From Basidiobolus meristosporus CBS 931.73 (taxonomy: Eukaryota; Fungi; Basidiobolomycota), in NCBI GenBank assembly GCA_002104905.1, contig MCFE01000125.1, positions 62,001 to 126,000 on the forward strand: DNA of 64,000 nt, given 5' to 3'. How positions within the stretch are numbered: position 1 is the first letter of the stretch; every line of letters starts with the position of its first letter. The position numbers and the translations under genes were made by a program. Positions 39,259 through 49,700 of the stretch are shown here, piece by piece. Under the pieces are notes generated by a model. It saw nothing but the letters and a program-made list of their open reading frames with translations. It ran no database searches and was not told the DNA's origin.

Positions 39259-39991
39259 AGACTTGTTCTGTTGGATAGTGCCACATTGAGCCATGAGTGC
39301 CAAATAGTGCCATAGTGTGCCTGAGAGTCATAGCAGACCTAAACTTGGCCACAGAGTGTGACATATAGTTCTGTATATTTGTGCAAAGCAGCCCCTGTGT
39401 TTCACCTACTGTGCGGGAGAAAATCAATTTTTTAACCTTTTTTTTGGGATCAAAATTGCACATGACGTAAAAGAGCACAGACAGACTGAAGATATGCATC
39501 TGGTACATAATACCCATGGCACTCTAAATCTAGCCCCACAGGCTTGTAGCATGCCACAAAAATGCATGGCACTATCTTGGTCCACTGGTACTATCTGGCA
39601 CTATACTTAAATATTAGCCCTAAAGTAGAACCTATACAAAGCACTTATAGTGCCAGATAGTACCAGTGGACCAAGATAGTGCTATGCATTTTTGTGGCAT
39701 GCTACAAGCCTGTGGGGCTAGATTTAGAGTGCCATGGGTATTATTTACCAGATGCATATCTTCAGTCTGTCTGTGCTCTTTTACGTCATGCACAATTTTG
39801 ATCCCAAAAAAAAGGTTAAAAATTGATTTTCTCCTGCAACGTAGGTGAAACACAGGGGCTGCTTTGCATGAATATGAAGAACTATATGCCACACTTTGTG
39901 GCCAAGTTTTGGTCTGCTATGACTCTCAGGCACACTATGGCACTATATGGCACTTATGGCTCAATGTGGCACTATCCAACAGAACAAGTCT
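39259..39991. mobile_element. 733-bp palindromic MITE, copy 3
   Basis: Same termini; flanks ATT/AAT; removal restores the RNase H KHIxIRHHF frame. Confidence 0.9.
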
Positions 39992-41559
39992 AATAGGCAT
40001 CATTTCATATATGAAGCTATAGAGGATAACCTGGTTGGCTTAGTTGACTGTCCTACAGATGAAATGATTGCAGCCATATTTACCAAACCATTAGTTAGAG
40101 ACAAGGTTGAATATCTTAGGTGAAAATTAGGACTAGTCAGTATGAGCATTCAGCTGAGTGGGAGTGTTGTAAAAGTTTGTAATTCCAGCTAGATACTCAC
40201 TTAACTTGGTCACCTAGCTTATTACCTTAAATTCCTAGAGAATACTGTTCAAATTTCTTCCTGTAATTTACTTAGAATATTTTCAACAATTACTATGTAC
40301 CCAGAACATGAAAATTTTCAAAGCTGTGCAAACAGCCCCAAACTTTGCACACATGTGCTTGGGCCCTTCCTTAGCCTATTCTACGTGCTTGGCATGCCAA
40401 GATCATCTAACAGTTTAAATACTACTTTAACATTATATATATCATTAAGTGAAAGCTATTGAATATACTTGTCCTCCCATTTATTTCCAATATCTTCAAG
40501 ACTCTTGCAACAGCTGTTGCATTCAAAAGGTCTTGGGTATCTTCTTTGTTGGTTAATACTGTTTATGAAAGCATTTTCTTCTTCCTTCTTATTGGAGCTT
40601 GATTTTCTTAATTCCTTGTCCAGGAGCCTTTCATATACATAATATAAGGTTAAATATTCAGCTCTGGACTCTATGGCTGATACATGGTCCTGAAACTTGT
40701 CTGTCAGGCTATTCAGGATGGTCACTATCACATCCTCATCAGTAGTTGGTATTCCCACAGATTCCTTTTCATCCACCAGCAGAGTAATTCTGTTAATTAG
40801 ATTTTTCATTTCTTCTCCTGACAGCATTGTTGTAGTAAAGAATTTTTGTCTAAGATACATTCTCTTGGTAGCTGAGCATTACTGGTAGGTGTCTTCTGAT
40901 GCCTTCCAGGCATCCTTTGTCATTTTTTCTCTTAAGCATTGAATTGGTAATTTGTCTATGACATTAAGGCAAATGCAGTTAAAGGCACTTTGTTCTTACT
41001 TCTTGTACTTTATGGCTTTCTCTCCCACGTATTGAGGGGGTCATTCTTCTCCCATGACAATATCCCAAGGCCTCTTTCTTGTAGCAGTGTCTTCATCTTC
41101 ACCATCCACACTTGGTAGTTAGATCCAACTAACTCTTCAGCAGAGGGAACAATTCAGGTAATAGCAATAGTAGACATTGCAGAGAGTGACAGCTTATGGC
41201 TCATAACCTGTTGTAAGAGTTTTGGAGATACTGGAAGTGATTGGGAGAACATGTAGATTATGTGGTTTTCAATTAATGATTTATTGAATGTCAAAGTAGT
41301 ATTTATACTTTTAGATGATCTTGGAGTAACAAGCACATGGAATAGGCTAAGGAAGGTCCCAAGAACATGTGTGCAAAGTTTGGGGTTGTATGGATAACTT
41401 TGAGAATTTTCATGTTCTGGGTACCTGGTATTTTGGTGAAAGTATTCTAAGTAAATCCCAACAAGGAATTTGGTCAGTATTCCCTAAGATATGAATGTAA
41501 TGATCTAAGTGACTAAGTCAGGTGAATATTTGGGTGGAATTAGAAATTCTTCCCAACAG

Positions 41560-43900
41560 ATGTTACCCATAGAAAAAAATACCAAGGATACTTTATTGAG
41601 CCAAGTGAGCCCAGTAATTGTACTACTGGTGAGTGATTTGATGTTGTGGCTAGAGAAGTGGCATGTTTCCACAAATATCAGTAATTGGGGCTTTGAGGAT
41701 TCACCACTACTTCTTGCCTAAATGTTACTAGGATGCAACATACCCTGAATATGGTATGAATCAACAATTGTCATGCAGCTGGCAACATATGACTCAGAGA
41801 CCATCTGCATACAAGCATGTGTTGACAGTTGCATGGCACTCACATCAAAAAATGCCACCATTGCAAGGTGGCCAACTTGTATGGAATCCACTACCATTGG
41901 GGGAGAACATTATTCACACTTTGGATATATTCCAGTAACACCCTGTCTAAAGAAGCTCATGCAGTCTGACAAATATTGTGAAACTATGAAGACTGCACCT
42001 GGTATCAATCAAGCACAAACATATCCAATATATTTGATGGCAAATATTACAAACACCTAAGAAGCAAGGGCTACTTTGAAGGTATGTATGACTATGCCTT
42101 TGCCTTGGCACTTGATGGATTCTCATTAAGCAAGTACTCTACCAGCATATCCTGCTGGCCACTGATTCTCATCAACCTGAATTTGCCATTCATCTTACAG
42201 CACCAGAACAGAAGTCTGATAGTAGTATCACTGGTATCTGGGCCTAAATCATCATTCAACCTGGATAGCTGCCTGTATCTATTGCTGGATGAGCGTTGTA
42301 TTCTTTCCAGCAGGATAACAGTAAATGGCCATCATGTCAATGTGCATATTATTGTCTGTATTGGAGATACCCTGGCCATCAGCAAGATAGCTGGCTTTTC
42401 TGGGCACAATGGATGGTATTGCTGTCAGATGTGTAAGATCCAGGGGACTTACTCCATAACTCACACATATTATTATTACCCAAACACCAACACTGAGAGC
42501 ATCATCTTTCTGCAGAGGGAACATACAGAGGTCATCATACAATTGCAACAAAGTTGGCAAGCTATAAGTGATTGACCAGAATATGGGATTAATTGGAAAC
42601 TGGAGATACTTGAGATAGAGGGTATCTGTTGGAGCAAATGCTTTCCACAGGGGCAATGCATTTGCTTTTGAATAATATCCCTATAAAGAAGACCAAGTTG
42701 TACATGGGGCATTTCAAGCTAAATGAGCCCTTTGAGATACCTGAGAAATTTGAAAGAACTGGCAATATATTACAGAGTATCTGCTACTCTAAGTACATCT
42801 CAAAGGCTCCAATCAATATTCATACTCATATGCAACAATACAAGTGCAAGGACTGGATGAGCTAGAAATGCATTTATTCAAGTGGCCTTCTGAAGTAATT
42901 TCTACCAAGAGTACATTGGAGGAATTGGGAGTCATATGTGGACATTGTAGGAATACCTATCCAGAACCAGATCACCAATGCCAACTTGATACATATACAG
43001 GTTTTGTGTGAAGAGTTTGTGAAGGGATTTGAGCACCTATACTGCAAACATAAAGCTGAGCATTTGGATTTCTGCCACTACTATATCCATTTACTACTCC
43101 ATCTTGCTTAGTGTGTAGAGAATATTGGACCTTGCTACACCTTTGGGAGCTTCCTATGGAGCAGATATGTGGGGAGATAGGAAAACAAGTTAAGTTGCAG
43201 GTACTACCATATCCCAATCTCATCAACAATATTACCTTTAAGTCCATCATGGATGTGATGAATTGGCACATGGAGGACAGCCATGAAGAGTTGGAAGTAC
43301 TGAGGACAGATGTGCACATGGAGACACCTATGCCTATTGCATTAAGAAGCTAAGCAGCCTCATGCATGGGTAATCAGTTAAGTAATGCAAAGTTGGGTTG
43401 GGTGCAACAAGCATCTAGTTTCTATTAGGAACACTCTACCAAGGTATGCCAGATTTCTCTTGGTCACCAGCCAATTTCTACACCATTCAATATGGAATTT
43501 GCATAAACAAGAGCCAGAATGCACCTATAAGAGGGACTTGAACCTAGCCAGGAGAAGGAATACATTGGCTACATACCCAAATGTTCTTTGTGGATATTCA
43601 GGAGATATTCATGGCAGAAATGGCGGCAACCAAGCATATGTTTGCAAGTTGTATATGTTACCAGCGCTACAAGGTACATGGCAGCTTTGCAAGTGTTACA
43701 CTAAAAAGCTGTAGAGTTGAGGTGATAGACATATGTCAATTGAGGTAGGTGTGCATGATTGTCAAGGTTGGTAAACAGGAGGCCATGATATTTTTTGATT
43801 TAAACTATATGTGAAATACCCAGGGCAGTAGTGGGTAAGCAAATAAAGAGGGATAATTCTACAGTGGAATATGTGGATTGCACAAGCAGCAGTAGAAAAA
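41560..43900 (+). pseudogene. CACTA/EnSpm transposase of element A (5' part at 27887-27916 and 28987-29371)
   Basis: ALDGFSL..SCWPLILINLNLP..GP..LDSCLY; GDTLAISKIAGFSGHNGWYCCQMC; HLWELPMEQICGEIG. Colinear with 24620-26910. Confidence 0.88.
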
Positions 43901-44849
43901 GGAAATACCATTTGGTAAATTAGTACAGTAGTATTATATAGAACAAGCTGTAGGCTGCCATACTGCCATGATAATTCCATCAGAGGCTTGCAAAGTTGCC
44001 GTCAAAACACTGTCAAGCTTTTTGCCATATAAGACAATTGGATGTACTGGCCAGTTAGATCCACTCAAATGGTTGTAGAGTGCACTAAGACCGCAACATT
44101 GCCATCCCACCCTTGGTAAATTACTGTACAAACACTGTTATGTTTTTCAACTTTACTTGGCTGTAAAATTAGCCAAATGCTGTTCTGATCCTGGCAAAAG
44201 ATTGTGTAGATGATCATTAATTCCAAGCTGCTGGTATTATAGTGGTCTCCTGATGGGATCTTGATGGTTGATCTGGAGTGGATCCACCCACAGGAGCAAG
44301 TTATTTTTCATAGGGATTGTGTCTCAGCAAAATTAAGAATCTAATAATTACATTCTAGTTTTTACCCAAGCCTAGCATATCTAGCACTCCCAAGAACACC
44401 AAGCCTCACCTTCATTGCAGACCAATTCCATTGCCATTATGGCCAAACCCAGCTATTTACAGGACCAATATTGGACCAGAATTTCTCTGCCAATACTTCT
44501 GCCACTCTCTGACAATAGTTCAGTTAAACCCCCAAGAAAAAATATTAAGAAAAGGCCAGCAAAATACCATTGTAATATCAGCTGAATTTTAAATTTCTCA
44601 AAATTGACAACTCTTGATATTTCTGTTGTTAGCTGATGGGCAGGCAAGCAAACAAATTCTCCAGGAGGAGACCAGGCCAACTAGCATCCATGCCAAATTT
44701 GGTCATGTGCTACCCACTACTTTAATCAAAAATTGCATTTGAAATTTTGAACCAAAAACACCAGCTGAATACCAGCAGAATACCATCAGAATGCCAGCTA
44801 AAAATTATATGAATTCCAGGTTTAAGATTTTTCACAGGGGTTAAGCCAT

Positions 44850-46330
44850 TCATGAGCTTGATTACATTTTCTCTTGGATGCAACAATCATCACAATTAGG
44901 TTTCCTATGGTGGGCATCAAGACAAATGCAAATAAAGAAACTTTGTTGCTTCTTCTAGTGCTTTAAGACTTCTATCCCTACACCTTTGTGAGGGCATTCC
45001 TCTCCCAGGACAACATCCCAGAGGCAACTTTCCTGCAGCAGCATCTTCATCTTCACCTTCTAGACTTGGTAGTTGGAACTGTCCAACTGTTGAGTAGAGG
45101 GAAATGCTCTAGTAAATGCAATAATGGTCACTCCGCAGAGTGACAGCTTGGGTCTCATAGCCTTTTGTAAGAGTATTAGAGATATTGGAAGTGATTGGGA
45201 GAATAAATAAAGAATGAGTTTGCACTTGATGATTCATTAAATATAGAAGTGTGTTTGTATTTATACATGGCTGTGGCAAAACAGGCACAAAGGATATATA
45301 TAGAAAGGTTGTTTGTGCATTTGTGCAAAATTTGGGGCTGTTTGTACAACTGATCAAGAATTAATGTTCAGGGTACTTGATGTTTTAGTGAAAAAATTCC
45401 AAGTAAATCCAAACAAGGAATTTGGTCAGAGATCTGTGAAACTTGTAGACTGCAATCTAGGTGACTAAACTAGGCAATCATTTAGGTATAATTACAAAGC
45501 TTACAATGCATACAACCATTGGCAGGAGTTACATTTGAATATCTTAGATGGCAATTGTGACTAGATGATAAGAATTTTTTCTTGAGAAGGAGTGTTGTAC
45601 ATTTGTAATCATACCTAAATATTCACCTAAACTAGTCACTTAAATAAATCTGGCCAAATTTCTTGTTAGGACTTACTTGGAATAGTTGCACCAAAGCACC
45701 AGGTACTCATAACATGTGATATTGGTAGGTTGCCCAAACATTCCCAATCTTTGCAAGCATGCACTTTAGACCTTCCTAAGCATATTGTATGTGTGTGTTT
45801 TGCCAATGCCATGTCAAAGTACAAATACCACTATTATGTTGAATAAATCATTGAGTAGGAACCACATAATCTACTTGTGTTACCAATCTCTGCCAATATC
45901 TCCAAAACTCTAACAACAGCAATAGGTAATTGGCACAAAAAGTCAAGGAAATTGGCAAGGATAGCTCCTTCTTCACTTTGGCAAGATTCATCAGATAGAG
46001 TGGACAACTACTAAATCACATTCATTGTGGCAAAGCTGAGTTTCTTCAGGGTGTCCAGGCCAATGGAAGATAGCTATGGCAAATGTAGAACACCTCAGGA
46101 TATTATGCTGCACAGCACATGGCAAAAAAATTGCCTGGAAATTGGTTGATGATTTATCCACAAAGGGTGAAGTACATAATCTTAGGCTACTTCGATGAGA
46201 GTAAGGCCCACAGACTGTACAGTGGCAAAGTGAAGAAGCCGATCAAGTGGAAGTGCTTCACCGGGTAGGGAAACTTCGGCCTTGAGAAGTCAAAAAAATC
46301 CGAAGATGTTTAAACTGACAAATGTGGAGT
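44850..46330. mobile_element. Copia remnants: gag start and LTR (45163-45508, minus), LTR (45593-45918, plus), integrase C-terminal fragment (46100-46330)
   Basis: Align with the main copia family; 46170-46260 reads ILGYFDESKAHRLY..KVKKPIK. Confidence 0.75.
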
Positions 46331-46755
46331 TGTGCCTGGTAAGCTCGTGGGAAAATCAATACCTCGAAAGTACCACGCAATCTGATAGCATCATCATGGG
46401 TATTCTGGCGGAAAGTGCCACCAGGTCAAAGGCGTAGAACCACGAGGCATTTGACATTCCGATCCGAGTGGGTCGCCAACATACGGATAGCATATGATGG
46501 GCTCCAGTCGCGAGATGATGGGAAGGGGCCAATGGGTGGTCCAGCGGCGAGGAAAATCCCACCATTATAGCCCAACTAAATCCACCGCGAATGAATGGAT
46601 GGTGCGTAAATCGAGGGGGATTATCCAACAAAGGGAAGTTTTTTTTCCACCCGAAATCTCATAGGTGGACCGACTCCGGTAGGAGAGGGGATTTTGTGAG
46701 GGGGGGACGTTCGAGTGACCACCGTTGCATAGTTTCCTTTGAAAGCCACCCAGAT

Positions 46756-49700
46756 ATGGATCTTGAGGCTCTTAGAAAGGCCGCGCTACAAACCCGACGT
46801 GCCAAGAGCCAACTCACGGTCCCTTCCATAGACAAGCCCTTCCCTGACGCCAAGAACGCGACAGGGGTTGTACAGGACAGACCCAATCAAGTGGTGTCTG
46901 GCAAGCCGGAGGCTGTTCACGATGTCCAGGAACCCACCTTAATCGATGAAGACTCAACTTCAGACAATGCTCCTACAGACTCCACGAGTAGCCCTACTTC
47001 CATAGATCGTCGTGTTAACCCTTCTGTGGCTGTTTACACCGAAGCTGGTGAGATGGCTGAGGACATAGAACCCAGGGAAGGCACAGCTCCCGTCGACGAG
47101 ACAGTTGAGAGCGAAGAGGATAGAGAGGATGGGAATTATTAGAAGACCCACCCGAAAGCGAAGAGACGGAGTCGCTACCCCAGGAAGCCACCCTAAAGAA
47201 AGAGCAGGACGAATACACGGCATTGCTCAACGATTATCAACGGTGTATAGATAGAAGAACCGCGAAAAAATCGAAAGCGGAGAAACGGAAGCTCAAGGGG
47301 AAGCGGAAGGAGGAGCAGCAATTCCTTCGGTTCAACGACCCACGGTTGTACCCGGAACCCATGGGCCCCTTTAGAACTATCTTCCCGAGAAGAGCCGGCA
47401 GACACCCATACCTACCTGCGAACCAATTCTTGCCCCCTAATATGACCCGGTTCCGCGCCCCTCATCGCTCGCACGAAACCCACGAGCTGTACCGGCCTTT
47501 GCCCGACGTAGGTCAGTATTCTTGGTTGTATCCCCCGGTACGGGAATCCCCCACTCACCCAGTTTTTCACGTAGCCGCCGCCCCTCAAGCATTTAATAGA
47601 CACCCGAACGAATACCATGCTCATGTTAATACGCAACGCCCGTCCCGGACCGAACCGGAATTCATCCGAAACCCTATGAACCCTAACGACTTGGCCCCAC
47701 TGTTAGCCAACGCACTGACACAGCTCCAAAGCAAACAGGCCGCCTTCCCCCCGCCCGGTTCGAATGCTCCGCGCTCAGGGACCGCGCATCCATCCAACTC
47801 ACCTGCATCTTCGGAGATGGGCCACCCACACCGCAACGAAGTCGACACCGCCTTCTCACTTGCCAAGCAAATCACCCAAGGGTTGGTAAACATCGGGCTG
47901 TCGGCGCAAAGCATCATCAGCTACGGGGTTCCCAAAGAGCTGGTCGATGCCTGTCTTGCCGAAGCCAGGCCGAACATGGAGAATGGTGCGTTGGAAGAGC
48001 CTCAGTATGAGGGGGACGACATGGAGTTGGACGACTCCGAGGACAGCGCAGCCAACCACATCCTTAACAACAAATGGGTCACGGTGCGAGGCAAGGAGGA
48101 CGCCAGACTTGGGACGAACTCCGCCCGGGAGAGCAGTAGCGAGTCCGTCGGCATCGTTACGAATCGCAGCACGAGCGAACCGTACAAGCCCCCGAGCCGA
48201 TTTTATAGGGAGAAGCGAAAGCTCTTTGTCCCGGACCGGCCGATGCGCCACATACTGATCAGCGACTCGGAAGACGACTCGGATCATGCCGAGTCGGAAA
48301 CCAAGCGTGGGAGCCACTCGGTCGTCCAGGAGTTGGCGGCCAAGGAAAGGGCGATCATTGCGTTGCGGGAATCGATCGCTAGAAAAGAAGCCCAGAAGAA
48401 TATGAGCAAGGAGGCCAGCCCGGTAAGTATATCCGAGGCCTCATCCAGTTCCGGCCATGCGTCTTACGTAGGCCTGTTCCTCTTCCCGTTTAGATAACCG
48501 CTAGTCAGCCTCAGGTGGACAAACAACCCGGCTCCATGCCAGCTCAGGTAATCAACCAGTCACCTAGGTCAACGAAATCCACCCCAATCCAGAGCGATGG
48601 GCAGCGAGCGTTGCCAAATCCATCCGATGCCGGTGACGAGCTCGTGAAAAAGATCGAATCCGAGATCGTGATCAGGCGGGATTACATGTCGCTGGTGGAA
48701 TCGGAGCTTGTCGAGGAGGAGGAGGAGCTCAAGGCGGTCCAGGGGCAGATCGACGGCTTCGACGCGGAGACTTCCAAGAACGACGAGTCGATCGCCAAGT
48801 ACGCCTCAGAGATTGCCGCGTTGCAACGCAAGATAGAAGAGGTCCGGAAGCACAGCGAGCTGGTGGCCCGGAAAAAGTTGGTCACCGCCTCCCGTGCCAA
48901 AAGGCTGCAGGAGAAAATCCAGTCTGGTCGCCGCTCGGTATCCGATATACAGAAGCAAATCAGCAAGAGTCAAAAGCGCCTGGCTAAGTTGCGTACCATT
49001 TCTGCACCGACAAAGGGTAATAAACTGCGAAGATGTCAACCTTGATTTTGTGGCTTAAGTCGGTTAACTTGTGTGTATTCTTCGGTCTATCGTTAGTTCA
49101 ATCAGCCTTGTCCGAATACGGTCACCTCCCTGGTATGCAGCAAGCAGAGCCAGCACCTACCTCTACCCCTGCTCCTACCCCAAACCATCTCAGCTCAGAC
49201 ATGGGAAGAGGTAAGCTACAAAAGGCCACTAACAAGGCGCCCGTGGACTCGTATAATGCTATGCCTCAACCCAATGAGGAATCTAACATGGATGTCGATG
49301 CCAATGCTCTTGTGCCAGGCGAGAAAGCCTCTTCGCATATTCCAAGCAATGCACTGCCCAACGATGAAGCGAATTCGTCTACCAAAGGTACTGATTATTT
49401 AGCAAAACCCAATGACCAGAAACCACCGGCGGATCCCACGCCTCGTAGCCCAGACCCCACCAGCGACAAAAGTCGAAAGCTGAACGAGCTTAACAAGAAG
49501 GTGAAAGCGATCCACAAGGAACAACAGGCTTTGGCCAAGCTTTTGAGCAAGCACAGGGCGCGTTCAAAGGCTGCACCTTCTTTACAATATCCAAAACTGC
49601 AGAGGTTTCTTGAAACAGGAACCCTGGTTCTAGATGGCAAGCACAAGCACGATGCGTCCCCGCTCCAGACCTTCCTCAGAGCCTCAGTCTGGAATACCGA

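Larger units (their letters stand above)
32586..40512 (+). mobile_element. Three-LTR tandem Ty1/copia (LTRs 32586-32934, 37125-37472, 40165-40512)
   Basis: A single GCTGT TSD flanks the whole composite (32581-85 and 40513-17). The middle LTR has a PPT before it and a PBS after it. The second internal region lacks integrase and most of RT. Confidence 0.92.
29372..41558 (-). mobile_element. Ty1/copia element (LTRs 41209-41558 and 29372-29719), decayed, RT partly deleted, interrupted in gag by another copia
   Basis: PBS GGTTATGAGCC (41198-41208, minus strand); gag 40515-41170 and 32400-32580; integrase 31300-31900; RT/RNase H 29730-30780; PPT ..GTGTGGGAG. Inserted in the transposase of CACTA A; the TSD is poorly conserved. 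Confidence 0.88.
16412..44315 (+). mobile_element. CACTA/EnSpm-like element A (oldest host; contains nearly all insertions in between)
   Basis: The left end CCCTGTAAATAA... is colinear with B's left end, and the right end ...TTTTTCATAGGG (44304-44315) is colinear with B's right end. After the inserts are removed the pieces rejoin colinearly with B. No matching TSD was found. Confidence 0.7.

Noticed and set aside
1-46200. Classical ascomycete RIP
   Set aside because: CA and TG are abundant and CG is specifically missing, which fits CpG deamination rather than CpA-to-TpA RIP. Judged by eye, not computed.
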